Shown here in pieces: positions 18,682-28,396 of a DNA stretch of 64,000 nt (position 1 is its first letter; each line of letters opens with the position of its first letter). Source of the DNA: a virus; IMG/VR virus record IMGVR_UViG_3300017605_000906, positions 5,397-69,396 of that record. One strand, given 5' to 3'. Below the pieces are notes generated by a model that did not search any database, was not told the origin of the DNA, and saw only the letters and a list, made by a program, of their open reading frames with translations. The position numbers and the translations under genes are program-made.

Positions 18682-19078
18682 AGCAATAGTATTTAATATG
18701 CGCGAATCCACGCATGCGCAATTTACGCATGGTGTCTGCCACCACTTGAGATTGACTTACGTGAATGATGCGACCACCGTCCGCGTCAGTCCAGATGCCG
18801 ACGTGGTGCAATCGTCCCCGAGTGTGCTGGCTCATGCCCACCAGACACTTATCCACGGGAGCTGCTAATTCTTTCCACACAGTTTGCTGTTGTTGCTCGA
18901 CCTCGCGACAGATGGACAACATTACATCGGCTGTGATTCCCGGTAGCTCGGGCAATTTGATTCCGTATTGCTCGCGAAAGAACAGATGCACCAATCCCCA
19001 GCAATCCAAACCTGCACGAGACCTCCCGCCTATCTCGTGCGGGAGGCCTACATATTGAGTGGACCAGTGCATGCTCAT
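18665..19078 (-). CDS. NlpC/P60 tail tip assembly protein (gpK-like)
   Basis: GRSRAGLDCWGLV...HHVGIW...IIH catalytic Cys/His pattern. Confidence 0.88.
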   Translation of the reverse strand: MSMHWSTQYVGLPHEIGGRSRAGLDCWGLVHLFFREQYGIKLPELPGITADVMLSICREVEQQQQTVWKELAAPVDKCLVGMSQHTRGRLHHVGIWTDADGGRIIHVSQSQVVADTMRKLRMRGFAHIKYYCYGLDY

Positions 19079-19578
19079 TCAAGATAGGGAAAGCGCCCAC
19101 GTGTGTAAAGTTCGGAAGGGAATTTCTTATTCACAATGTCCATGAACGTCGCACGTGCCGTCACCTGAATCATGTTTATCTGCACGTCCTTCAAAAAGAG
19201 CGTGAGCGGAGGTATCATCTGAGGAGCGGACAAGTCGTCGCTCAAATAAGGACGGTAAAGAATCTCCACGGGCACATTGTCAGATTTCGCAGCGTCAATA
19301 AAGGCGCTCACGCGTCTGCCCACATTATCAATCGCGATGTTCAGACTGCGAAAGCCCTCCTCGTTTTGGGGAGGGAGCGTGAATTGAAATCCGCACGGCT
19401 CGAATTCCAAGGCATTTCCATTCTCGTCTAATGCCGTCATACCCTGCTTGGCTCGCACCAAATAAATCGGGTCTTGCACACCCGTCTGACGAATCTCTAA
19501 CGTGTCGAGAATGACCTTTCCTGCCGGCGCTATCGCATACGCCTCTTTGATGGCGTCTTGGAGTGAATCGTTTGGCAT
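19075..19578 (-). CDS. DUF1833 tail tip protein (gpL-like)
   Basis: LDTLEI, FQFTLP, IAIDNV, YRPYLSDDLSAP, FPSELY...FP.L. Confidence 0.8.
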   Translation of the reverse strand: MPNDSLQDAIKEAYAIAPAGKVILDTLEIRQTGVQDPIYLVRAKQGMTALDENGNALEFEPCGFQFTLPPQNEEGFRSLNIAIDNVGRRVSAFIDAAKSDNVPVEILYRPYLSDDLSAPQMIPPLTLFLKDVQINMIQVTARATFMDIVNKKFPSELYTRGRFPYLE

Positions 19579-19581
19579 AAG

Positions 19582-20316
19582 TTAAGCAATTTTCCGCCAC
19601 ATAATTTCTGAAATTCTTACTAGGGGGCTGGTCCTGTCCCAAGCTACGCATACAGAATCTAGTGTGCCGTTGGTGGCTTCATTCACAGATATGGTTCCTG
19701 TTACGGGATTATTGGTGTAAGGCGTCCCTGAAATCAAAGAATCCATGTAGGCTGTGAGCGTCGTGGAATTGGAAGTCTCCATTGCGGTAAGCATCTCCGC
19801 TTTTGTAATGTGCCTATTTACAATCGTTTGGTTCCAATGAATTAAAGACATCGACCAGTTAACAGGAGACCCGGGACCCGCTTTCGTCAGTTCTATAAAT
19901 ATCGGCCAGATGTTAGTGGCGGGTGTGGCCGACATGTTATTGCTGAAGGAGTTAAACAGACTGGTGACTGTATTCCCCACTTTGGAACAGAATTCAACTC
20001 CATTTGTTGTAATGGCATAGTAGACAATACCAGCTGTCGTGGTTCTGAGAAAGTTAGCCGCCGTTCGGAAACCCACAAAGTGACTGGTGGTCTCCCCGAG
20101 AGGCCCGTTGGTTCCACTAGGGCTAGAAAGGAGTCCAATGCACAAACGAGGTGGACCATAAACAATTCCACCAAAATCATCAAAGCAAAATCGAACACCG
20201 ATGCGCAGAGTCGTCCAAGTGCCGACGTTTAGCACGCGAGCGACTTGAGCATTGCCCAGAACCAGTCGCTTGTCAACAATACCACCGATGGTGACTGTAT
20301 CAATCACTCTGCTCAT
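19582..20316 (-). CDS. tail-associated protein, paralog 3 of 3
   Basis: Shares IDTVTI..D.R, LRIGVR, NGP..TT.HF.G and V.E.TNG.L blocks with its neighbours. Confidence 0.7.
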   Translation of the reverse strand: MSRVIDTVTIGGIVDKRLVLGNAQVARVLNVGTWTTLRIGVRFCFDDFGGIVYGPPRLCIGLLSSPSGTNGPLGETTSHFVGFRTAANFLRTTTAGIVYYAITTNGVEFCSKVGNTVTSLFNSFSNNMSATPATNIWPIFIELTKAGPGSPVNWSMSLIHWNQTIVNRHITKAEMLTAMETSNSTTLTAYMDSLISGTPYTNNPVTGTISVNEATNGTLDSVCVAWDRTSPLVRISEIMWRKIA

Positions 20317-21065
20317 AAAAGTTTACAGTGCATAATATCTGAGATGTAGATGGCAGGATATGTTCGCTCCCAAGAAACTACAACATGATTCAACGTGCCG
20401 TTAGTGGCTTCATCTACTGTAATGTTTACTGCCACATTGGCCTGGAAGCTAGACACACCCCCTAGTGCTTGCGTCATTACGTTTCGACAATCGGCCATCG
20501 CCAATGGCACCATCGCAGCTTTCATCGTCGTCTGCGATATATCTGCAGCCGATATGACCGGCTGGTTCCAAAAACAATTCTCCAGAACAAACGGGGTAGT
20601 AGCTGGTGCAGTAGGTCGTGTGATGTCCAAGAACATCGGCCAGCGTTTCGCCGTTGGTTCTGCAGAGAAGTTATGTGTTGAGCTGCTACTGGAAGAGGAC
20701 GGAAAACCAGCGCCAACTTTCGTGGCAAAGAGATGCCCACTCGCAGCGGTGGCGTAGTGGGTAGTGGAACTGACGACTCCTCTTGTCCATTGGCTTCCAT
20801 TGGATAACCAACCTAAGAAATGTCCGGTGGTCTCTCCATTCGGCCCGTTCGCTAATCCAGCGGTAGGCGTGGACATCAACCCGACGTAAAGAACAGGAGT
20901 GCCTACTATGTTACCTCCGACGTCATCAAAAGCCCAACGCACACCAATGCGAAGTTTCTTCCAGTTAGTGCCAAACCCAAGTGGACGAGCGATAGCGCAA
21001 GCACTCAGCTTGCATCTTCGGTCCTCTAAGGAACTTATTGTGACAGTGTCAATGATTCTACTCAT
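20313..21065 (-). CDS. tail-associated protein, paralog 2 of 3
   Basis: Same conserved blocks; internal poly-Ser run. Confidence 0.7.
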   Translation of the reverse strand: MSRIIDTVTISSLEDRRCKLSACAIARPLGFGTNWKKLRIGVRWAFDDVGGNIVGTPVLYVGLMSTPTAGLANGPNGETTGHFLGWLSNGSQWTRGVVSSTTHYATAASGHLFATKVGAGFPSSSSSSSTHNFSAEPTAKRWPMFLDITRPTAPATTPFVLENCFWNQPVISAADISQTTMKAAMVPLAMADCRNVMTQALGGVSSFQANVAVNITVDEATNGTLNHVVVSWERTYPAIYISDIMHCKLL

Positions 21066-21790
21066 GCTCGTTTCCTAAATCGGACATCTGAAATTCTCAT
21101 CACCGCAGTTTTATCCCAAGCCAAACAGATGGCATTCAATCCTCCGTTTGTGCCTTCGTCCACCGCTACGGTCACTGCCGATGACGTTATCATTCGATTG
21201 GCGTTGAATCCTTGAATGCCTTCAATGTAGGCCTCCATCTGTGTAGTTCCAGTTCCGTCCAGATAACCATCGAACCCAATCTTGGTGATATCCAACGCCG
21301 TCACCGTCCCGTTTGGATAACTGACTTGGATGGTGTAGTTCGGATTGCCTTTGGTTATTTGCACGAGTATCGGCCAACGGCAGTTGGAACCGACGGATGG
21401 AATGTTAAACGTGCCGGTGATGGCCGCCGTAGTGTTCGTGGTGTTGACACGTTTGATGGCCTGGAACGGAGAGGAGACCTGATAATAAACTATTGGTGTG
21501 GCCACCCTGGTCCATGTAGCGGCAGAACTTCGCAGTCCCACAAAGTGACTGGTGGTTGCAGACAAGGGCCCATTCGCCACGTTCGCGCTTGGACTGGATA
21601 GGACTCCAATATAGAACAGCGGCGTGCCGGTGATGTTCGCTCCGGTGTCGTCCAGTGCTACCCGCACCGCAATGCGAAGTTGCTGCCAGTTGGTTCCAAT
21701 ATCCATCACACGAGCGATGGATGAATTGTTCAAACAGATTCTTCGGTCCACGATGGAACCAATTGTTACGGTATCAATTGCAACACTCAT
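21062..21790 (-). CDS. tail-associated protein, paralog 1 of 3
   Basis: Start MSVAIDTVTI at 21790; same blocks. Confidence 0.7.
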   Translation of the reverse strand: MSVAIDTVTIGSIVDRRICLNNSSIARVMDIGTNWQQLRIAVRVALDDTGANITGTPLFYIGVLSSPSANVANGPLSATTSHFVGLRSSAATWTRVATPIVYYQVSSPFQAIKRVNTTNTTAAITGTFNIPSVGSNCRWPILVQITKGNPNYTIQVSYPNGTVTALDITKIGFDGYLDGTGTTQMEAYIEGIQGFNANRMITSSAVTVAVDEGTNGGLNAICLAWDKTAVMRISDVRFRKRA

Positions 21791-22473
21791 GTTCCAATAA
21801 TCCAATCTCCCGAGAAACCAGTTCCGCCATTCAAAGCGGAGGACACGGGACTTTCTACGGCATAACTGTCAAAACTGTCAGCCCATTGGTCTGTATCTGA
21901 ATCTACCCAGGGCCCCAAGTAGGCGACGTCATCACCACCCTCGAAATTATCCTCTAAGGTCATCTCACCTGTAAATCCAACTGCATACAAGTCGAACGAA
22001 TCGCCATAAGGAAAAAGAAACGGGTTGTTGGACTGGACCCACGCGCCTGTAAAACCTGTTCCACCTGCGGGAGGACTCCACGTGCCTAGGTCATAGCAAT
22101 CGAAGGTATCGCCGCCGCCATTGGTGAGTGAAGTAACCCCGCAAAGAGTAGTGTCGAACACGCGAACCTCGACGCTGTCATTCATAATCGCAGCGATGGA
22201 TGGCACATTGTCCGTAGTCAACGTGGACTCAGTGGTGAAATATCCTCCCTGCGTAGGTGTGACAGTAACGACAAATGATTCACTGTAGCCCGAGGGAATA
22301 CTCCCCAGCGTCCAGGTTACAAGTTGTCCCACTTGCGTCGTCGCTTGCGGTGAGCTCATCACGTAGGTAAAACTTGCCGGCAGCAACACTGTGAGCGTCA
22401 CATTGCGCGCCAATGAATTTCCCAGATTGTTTACATCTGTATTTAACTGACCGCTGATATTGAGAATCATCAT
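21787..22473 (-). CDS. DUF11/Ig-like domain tail protein
   Basis: VNNLGNSLARNVTLTVLLPASFTYV..VTWTLGSIPSG DUF11 pattern; C-terminal D[ST]FD.Y repeats. Confidence 0.7.
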   Translation of the reverse strand: MMILNISGQLNTDVNNLGNSLARNVTLTVLLPASFTYVMSSPQATTQVGQLVTWTLGSIPSGYSESFVVTVTPTQGGYFTTESTLTTDNVPSIAAIMNDSVEVRVFDTTLCGVTSLTNGGGDTFDCYDLGTWSPPAGGTGFTGAWVQSNNPFLFPYGDSFDLYAVGFTGEMTLEDNFEGGDDVAYLGPWVDSDTDQWADSFDSYAVESPVSSALNGGTGFSGDWIIGT

Positions 22474-22874
22474 GCGACCACCTCCGAGATATCCACAGTG
22501 AGCGTCGCCTCGGGCAAGGTATCTTCCACGACCTCCAGAACGCCTTTCACTGAATACAAATTGTCACTACGAGAAAATTGATAGACGCCTTTCATAAATG
22601 CTGCCTCAATTTCCGTATCGTCCTGCATCGGTAGCATAAACGAGAGGGAGCCATTTTCCAAAGTCTCATTGAAAAAGTCCCTGAAGGCAACAAACTGGTC
22701 CTGGGTAAACATCCACGTGGCCTCGTATGTGTCGAGCGTCGTTGCAAAGCCTCGTCGATTCCTCACCCTGCCCGTTTCCATCACCGTCCGCATATTGCGC
22801 GGGTTGGACGCCACTATCATAGCCACGTGCGGAGCGGGTAACGTCTCGGGCCAAAATGGTGTAAAGCTATCCAT
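22470..22874 (-). CDS. distal tail protein (gpM-like), paralog 2
   Basis: WPETLPAP, RTVMETGRVRNRR, F.DFFNETLENGSLSF. Confidence 0.7.
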   Translation of the reverse strand: MDSFTPFWPETLPAPHVAMIVASNPRNMRTVMETGRVRNRRGFATTLDTYEATWMFTQDQFVAFRDFFNETLENGSLSFMLPMQDDTEIEAAFMKGVYQFSRSDNLYSVKGVLEVVEDTLPEATLTVDISEVVA

Positions 22875-22887
22875 AATTAAAAAGAGC

Positions 22888-22925
22888 GGGTGGCCGAACT
22901 GGAAAGGCGCTTCAGCTGGCCACCC
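22888..22925 (-). terminator. GC-rich hairpin
   Basis: GGGTGGCC...GGCCACCC stem followed by a T-run on the minus strand. Confidence 0.45.
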
Positions 22926-22961
22926 ATCCCCTAGCCGACTTGCGCCGACTAGGAGAATTGT

Positions 22962-23162
22962 TTAGCGGCCGCTGAGCTCACTCGCTGGTGAGTCGAATAT
23001 CTTCGCCGCTTCCTCATCCAGCTGCGCACTCTGTTCGGGAGTGAGCTCAGCCGATTGCTGGGCGATTTCCTTTGCTGCTACTGCAGCTGCGCGTGCTTTG
23101 ACGAGCAGGTCTGTCAGCGTTATTACTAGCCCGATGGCTTTCATCGCTAATACAAATTGCAT
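22962..23162 (-). CDS. small hypothetical protein
   Basis: 66 aa with hydrophobic N-terminus. Confidence 0.5.
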   Translation of the reverse strand: MQFVLAMKAIGLVITLTDLLVKARAAAVAAKEIAQQSAELTPEQSAQLDEEAAKIFDSPASELSGR

Positions 23163-23192
23163 AATCTTGATTCCTTTCTTTGGGTTGATTCG

Positions 23193-23663
23193 TTATGGAT
23201 TGACCGGCACTGGTGTCGGGGTTCTCAACGCCTTGATAGCATTGAGCAATTGAGTCAACGACGTTGTGACTTGCACCACCTTACTGGTGTCCTTTTTCAT
23301 CGCCATCAAACTGTCCTGCGCTGCCAATAGCGCTGCTGTAATTCGCTCGATGTCGGTAGCTGTAGGACCTACACGAGCCTTGTAATTGGCCAACGCTTTG
23401 CGACTCTCCAACCAAGCGGGCTTGAATGACTCGCGATACTTGTCGATGGCGCGTGAGACTTCCGGTGGCAATGAGGCTCGATTATCGAATTCCCATTGAG
23501 TGACAGTTTCGTATACCTTCAGCGAGCTGCGTTGCGCACGTTCGGCGTGCACGACGATGGGGTCAGCTCCCTCTGCGATGGGAGCGGGCTTGAATGGACC
23601 TACGCAACCTGTCAGAGACAGTGCGAGCGCGAACAGCGCAATAAGGTATCGTTTCAGTTTCAT
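23193..23663 (-). CDS. lipoprotein (possible spanin-like)
   Basis: Signal peptide MKLKRYLIALFALALSLTGC with lipobox. Confidence 0.6.
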   Translation of the reverse strand: MKLKRYLIALFALALSLTGCVGPFKPAPIAEGADPIVVHAERAQRSSLKVYETVTQWEFDNRASLPPEVSRAIDKYRESFKPAWLESRKALANYKARVGPTATDIERITAALLAAQDSLMAMKKDTSKVVQVTTSLTQLLNAIKALRTPTPVPVNP

Positions 23664-23684
23664 ATTTTTGCCTTTGGTTGTTTG

Positions 23685-23939
23685 TTATTTCTGTCCTTCC
23701 TTTGACTGGAAGTAGTGTGTAATTGCAGCGGTGAAGCCCGTCGCAAATAAAGTGATGACGGTCGATGACAAATCTTTAGGTATCTCAATCTTAAAAAACG
23801 GCGCCACTACAATGAGCAGCACCACGATGAATAGACCCACCGACAGTATCAAAGCAATCCAGCCACGCACACTCGTAGGCTGTGCTTGTGGCTGCGGCTG
23901 CGACTGCTCTTTCTTAAAGATTTGCGTGTTGTCATCCAT
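23685..23939 (-). CDS. 2-TM holin-like membrane protein
   Basis: Two hydrophobic segments and a charged C-terminus. Confidence 0.55.
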   Translation of the reverse strand: MDDNTQIFKKEQSQPQPQAQPTSVRGWIALILSVGLFIVVLLIVVAPFFKIEIPKDLSSTVITLFATGFTAAITHYFQSKEGQK

Positions 23940-23942
23940 AGG

Positions 23943-24383
23943 TTACGTGGTTGTGTTTACTTTCGCTTGCTGTGATTGGTTTCGTGCCTTCAGCGCCTGG
24001 TCCCACGACTCGCGAATGAATACGGCGACCATGCCGGCTTGTGCCATATCTACCCACGCCAGATTCGCAGAGGTCAACCAGTTGGTGAGTGCGCCCAAAG
24101 CCAACCCTATCACGGGAGTGCTAAGAGGTAACAACACCGTGGGGATTTTGGGGGCCAAATACTTAATCCCCATCACAATGATTGGCGCGACTATCGCAAT
24201 GCCCAGCTCCCACAGTTTGGTTACACCGGTAGGTCCTGTCGCCGTGTATCCTTCCACACCGGAGACGGGAACTGCATTGGTTGTTACTGCAACTGCATTG
24301 GTGGGGTCTTGGGCGAATACGCAAACGGCCACAAACACCAAACAACTAATTGCGAACATGATGTATACGGTTTTGTTTTTCAT
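23943..24383 (-). CDS. holin-like membrane protein with signal peptide
   Basis: N-terminal signal plus about three TM segments. Confidence 0.55.
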   Translation of the reverse strand: MKNKTVYIMFAISCLVFVAVCVFAQDPTNAVAVTTNAVPVSGVEGYTATGPTGVTKLWELGIAIVAPIIVMGIKYLAPKIPTVLLPLSTPVIGLALGALTNWLTSANLAWVDMAQAGMVAVFIRESWDQALKARNQSQQAKVNTTT

Positions 24384-24395
24384 TTTTATTTCCTT

Positions 24396-24653
24396 TCAGC
24401 GGGTTCTGTTTTTTAGCCTTTCAAGTTCAGTGGTCAAAGCATTGATGCTTCTCTGCATCGTATCCATCTGGTCACTGCCTAATCGCAACGACTCCGTTGT
24501 GTATTCCTGACGCAGTTCCAGCGCAGTGACCACCCGGGACATCTCGTCGAGACGGTCCACGGCACGTTTTCCAAAAAAGCCTACCACTGACAGCAGCACC
24601 ATCAAGATTACCGTGTTGAAGTTGACTTGCTGTTTGAATGGAGTTTCGGGCAT
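24396..24653 (-). CDS. 1-TM coiled-coil protein
   Basis: Likely start MPETP; single TM then heptads. Confidence 0.5.
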   Translation of the reverse strand: MPETPFKQQVNFNTVILMVLLSVVGFFGKRAVDRLDEMSRVVTALELRQEYTTESLRLGSDQMDTMQRSINALTTELERLKNRTR

Positions 24654-24667
24654 GTTATTTCCTTTGC

Positions 24668-25075
24668 TCATGATTGTTCTTGGAGATTCACCAGGTCCAA
24701 ATCGGCTTGAACTGTGAAAAATCCATCCGAGTGCTCGGCGGAATAACCCGCGACGAATCGCGCCACCCAGTTTGTAATTTGCGAGTTGTAAGGGTAGCGC
24801 AACCCAATCTGAAACCAGGCGATTCCATTTCCCAAATCGTCTGTGTAAAAATCCTTGAAGACCAGAAACTCCTCGCGAGTTAATATCCACCTGACGCTCA
24901 GCATGGAGTATGACCGCGTCCAACGTCGGCGTCGAGTAATCGGGGCCACTGCTTCATTTGCCGTTATCGTGGAGTTGATGGGCTGTCCTCCAAACTCATC
25001 AAAGGGCAAAGGGAGCGCAGGAGTCCCTACTCCAATTTCAGGAAAGACAATATCCACTGGGACTGTGCAACTCAT
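24668..25075 (-). CDS. distal tail protein (gpM-like), paralog 1
   Basis: Directly after tape measure; LPLP, RRRRW, F.DFY..DLGNGIAWF. Confidence 0.72.
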   Translation of the reverse strand: MSCTVPVDIVFPEIGVGTPALPLPFDEFGGQPINSTITANEAVAPITRRRRWTRSYSMLSVRWILTREEFLVFKDFYTDDLGNGIAWFQIGLRYPYNSQITNWVARFVAGYSAEHSDGFFTVQADLDLVNLQEQS

Positions 25076-27219
25076 TTGGTCCCCCTTCTGAGTTGGAACG
25101 AGTTTTCCATGGCACGATTAACCTCTCCGCGCCCGTCGCGAATTTCAGTCCCGAGCTCACTCTTGACCCGCTTAATCATCACCTCAACAATGCGCTCGTC
25201 GCCTTCGCTGCGCTCCGACACTTGCGCCCGGGCGTCCGTGTAGTTGTTGATGATGACCTTGGTGCCGCCGCCATTACCCAACTGGTTATTCGGGATGATG
25301 TCCCCGTTTGATGCCGGTGTAAAGATTTCGGGACCCGCTTCGCCTACAAGGAAGGACTTGTTCGCTTGAACGGGACCGCCCTTCTCGCGTGAACCAGCGA
25401 TGGTCAGGCCCACGGACTGGATGGTCGAAACGATATTTGCAGCCTGCGTGACGACTGACGCAGCTGCGACTAGACCCAAGGGCCAGCCTAGCGATAGTGC
25501 CGCCGCGACGCCCTGTTGAATCTTCACGATGGACTCAGCGATGGCGAACGCCTTGGACGCTGCGAACATCGCCTTGTAGGCCGCTGATTGTTCTCCCGCG
25601 AATCCTTTCACCATCTCCCCAAGCGCACCAAACATATCCTCTTGCGAATGGAGAATCAATGCGTCCTGCGCTTGCATCAAATCTGCGAGATTGGCATTGT
25701 AGGCCTCGATAGCCTTCAACTTGGACTCGTGAACCTGGCCCGTCAGTTCCAGCTCACGTGCGGCCAGCTCCTCCAGAACTGCCAATCTTTCCTGGTTCGC
25801 TGTTATCTCCTCTGCCGTCCCGAACGCCTGAGCCGTTGGAGCGTCCAAGAACTGGCGTTGAGGCACACCCAACTTTTTCACGATGTCCTCAATCTGGTCT
25901 CCCCATCCCGAGATGGCTGCGAAATCTTTTTCCACTTGTTGCTTGGCTGCCGTGGAGGCGCCTTCGACGGGCGTCATCAATTCGCCTACATCCACCCATC
26001 CTTCAAAGATGTCCTTCAAGTCGTTGCCCGTTTCAAACGCCATCGCAATAGTGGCGTCCATCTGTCGCTCATACCCACGCTTTGCAATTTCTGCCGATTC
26101 CACAATTCCTGCGGCCACGGATTCAGTTATCTTGTTGAACGCATCACCGACTCCTTTCCCGAGTTGCTTCACAGATGCCAACACCGCATCCCAATCACTT
26201 TTCTGGAGTGCACGAAAGATGTTGCCCACTTCACTCACTTGCTTACCGAGCAGAACAAATGCATCGATGATGTTGCCGATGGTCTTTACCCAGACTCCAC
26301 CAATTTGAATAAGCGAGTCAATGGCAGTCTTGAAATTCTCCATCCAGAGCATTACCGAATTGGCCAGAATGGTGGCAATCGACTTTAGGGCATGCCAGAT
26401 GGTGCTGAGTCCCAGGACGAATACTTTGATGGTGCCGACCACGGCTTCATACATCGTCTTGAGTCCCTCCACTGCGCGATTGTGCGCATCTACATCCTTA
26501 TTCAAGGAGATGAAACGCTCTTGCATCGCAATCCACTGAGGAAGCAATTCGGAGGCGAGCGTGCTGAAGATTCCCTTCAACCCCGATTGCATACGCACGA
26601 GATTGTCATTGAAGGTATCCGCGTTCCTTCCGAAATCGGGACCGACGACGATGCCGAACTGACGTGCTTCCTCCATCTGCTCGCGCAACGCAGCCGAGCC
26701 TTGATTCAGCAGAGGTATCAATTGCGTTCCCGAACGCCCGAACCGTTCGTATGCTTGCTTGAGTTTCTCGGGACCATCCGGCATGGAAGCAAACACGTCA
26801 GCTTGTTTTACCATCTCATCGGTCAGGTCTGTCGCCGCCATGCCCTGCTTTTCCATCCATAAGGTCAAGAAGCGAGACGCCTGCGCCAGGTCTTGTTGAC
26901 TCAAGTCGGCAAGTTGTGCCGCGTAGGAGAGCGCAGAGAATTTATCCACCGCCTGGCCCGCTATCTGCGCCATTTTATTCGTGGCGTCAGCAGCGTCGAT
27001 GACATGCTTGGTATATCCTGCCGCTGCCGCCGCCACTGCCGCGAACGCAGCGACAGCTATCTTGGAGGCGTTCGCCAATTGGCGAGTCATCGCTGCGGAC
27101 GTTTTGCCTACCGATACCTCGGCGGCATTCATCCCCTTGACCAAGTCGACAGAGTCCGCAGTGAGTCGAACGAACAGTGTCCCCAGGTTTCCCGCTGCGC
27201 CTATGGAAGCTAGTGCCAT
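25072..27219 (-). CDS. tape measure protein
   Basis: LGTLFVRLTAD N-terminus, FGRSG..LIPLLNQG, C-terminal GGPV...FLVGEAGPEIFTP. Confidence 0.92.
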   Translation of the reverse strand: MALASIGAAGNLGTLFVRLTADSVDLVKGMNAAEVSVGKTSAAMTRQLANASKIAVAAFAAVAAAAAGYTKHVIDAADATNKMAQIAGQAVDKFSALSYAAQLADLSQQDLAQASRFLTLWMEKQGMAATDLTDEMVKQADVFASMPDGPEKLKQAYERFGRSGTQLIPLLNQGSAALREQMEEARQFGIVVGPDFGRNADTFNDNLVRMQSGLKGIFSTLASELLPQWIAMQERFISLNKDVDAHNRAVEGLKTMYEAVVGTIKVFVLGLSTIWHALKSIATILANSVMLWMENFKTAIDSLIQIGGVWVKTIGNIIDAFVLLGKQVSEVGNIFRALQKSDWDAVLASVKQLGKGVGDAFNKITESVAAGIVESAEIAKRGYERQMDATIAMAFETGNDLKDIFEGWVDVGELMTPVEGASTAAKQQVEKDFAAISGWGDQIEDIVKKLGVPQRQFLDAPTAQAFGTAEEITANQERLAVLEELAARELELTGQVHESKLKAIEAYNANLADLMQAQDALILHSQEDMFGALGEMVKGFAGEQSAAYKAMFAASKAFAIAESIVKIQQGVAAALSLGWPLGLVAAASVVTQAANIVSTIQSVGLTIAGSREKGGPVQANKSFLVGEAGPEIFTPASNGDIIPNNQLGNGGGTKVIINNYTDARAQVSERSEGDERIVEVMIKRVKSELGTEIRDGRGEVNRAMENSFQLRRGTK

Positions 27220-27220
27220 T

Positions 27221-27547
27221 TTAATTTACCTCAGGTTTTATTTTCAGTGCACTCAACCAAATCTGCTTCGACCGATTCGCCTGTTTCCTTTTCGCTGGTT
27301 CATACGAGACAAAAAAGTCCCGCATTTTCACAGCTCGCGGATGCTTTACATAGCTGCGTCTGGTCTCAGCTGCGATTTGAGCCAGGTAAACATCCATCTT
27401 GGTTTGCCGAGCCTCCTCCCACTCCAGAAACTGAAGCCACTCCAAAAATTCCCCGTAGGTTATTTTGTGCTTCAACTCGCATACCGTAATCCGGAGATGA
27501 GAGGCGACTCGCAACCAACTTAACCGCTCACCTCCTAGGCTTTTTTT
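27221..27547 (-). CDS. tail assembly chaperone, -1 frameshift extension (gpT-like)
   Basis: Frame is open from the A AAA AAA site at 27547-27541 into SLGGERLSWLRVASHLRITVCELK. Confidence 0.75.
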   Translation of the reverse strand, partial: KKSLGGERLSWLRVASHLRITVCELKHKITYGEFLEWLQFLEWEEARQTKMDVYLAQIAAETRRSYVKHPRAVKMRDFFVSYEPAKRKQANRSKQIWLSALKIKPEVN

Positions 27548-27888
27548 GAGTCGGCCTCCGCTTCACCCAAGTTGAGTCGATTCGCCTTTTGTGCCAAGCC
27601 GTACAGCTCCGTGACGACAGACGCCGGCCACTCTTGGATTACCTTCGCAGGCACCAAGGTGCCGTCCTTCTGTTTAAGGCATAGGGCCAGTAATTCGGTT
27701 TGCAAACCATCAAACCGTTTTACCCCAATCGCCTTACCGTCGGGACCCACTTGCATGCGGGCGTTCATCGAGTCGAGATACTTGTCCCGCGTCGCGGCAG
27801 TCATCTCGTGCAACTCATACGGAGTTGACTCATTGTTTGTCGACTCCAACGTCAGTGATATGACATTGGGAGTTAGTTTCAGGTTCAT
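27535..27888 (-). CDS. tail assembly chaperone (gpG-like)
   Basis: Between tail tube and tape measure; ends DSKKA over a slippery heptamer. Confidence 0.8.
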   Translation of the reverse strand: MNLKLTPNVISLTLESTNNESTPYELHEMTAATRDKYLDSMNARMQVGPDGKAIGVKRFDGLQTELLALCLKQKDGTLVPAKVIQEWPASVVTELYGLAQKANRLNLGEAEADSKKA

Positions 27889-27927
27889 TGTTGCGCCTTT
27901 CTCTTTCGTGTTCTCTTTCGTGGTTTC

Positions 27928-28383
27928 TTACAGAGCACCCGAGCTCAGAACGGGAGCCGTGTAAACGGGAGCTACCTCCTCGCCATCGGCATCGACGTTA
28001 CCCGGATTGATGGTGAGCGTCGCCGTGGGCTGTTCGCCTTCCACCATGGCCCCGATGGAGAATTCCTCCAACCAACCCCAGAACACCAGCGTGGAGTTGT
28101 CGGGGAATGTCACGGTGACCAACTGGTTGAGTCCGATTTGGCCTTGGACAATCGGGATGGCTTCCGTCGCGAACGCTACAGTGGCGCTGACCGGAGTCAG
28201 CGACTTGAGTGCGCGCGGCGACATCGTGCGCCACGTAATGTTGCGCATCGTGGTCGTGTCGATAGGGCCACCTGCGGAGATACCGGGAGGCGTAATCTCC
28301 TTTTCATACAGCTTCACTGTAGGAATGTTGGCCAGTGTGATGATGGTTGAAAATCCATCGTCGAGTCTTACATTGCTTGGCAT
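27928..28383 (-). CDS. major tail tube protein
   Basis: ITPPGI.AG.PIDTTTM, TVTFPD.STLVFWG; position and biased codons. Confidence 0.8.
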   Translation of the reverse strand: MPSNVRLDDGFSTIITLANIPTVKLYEKEITPPGISAGGPIDTTTMRNITWRTMSPRALKSLTPVSATVAFATEAIPIVQGQIGLNQLVTVTFPDNSTLVFWGWLEEFSIGAMVEGEQPTATLTINPGNVDADGEEVAPVYTAPVLSSGAL

Positions 28384-28396
28384 AGGTCAGTTCCTT

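Noticed and set aside
19582-21790. Three paralogs as a diversity-generating retroelement or invertible cassette
   Set aside because: No reverse transcriptase or recombinase, no near-identical TR/VR pair and no flanking inverted repeats; divergence is spread throughout.
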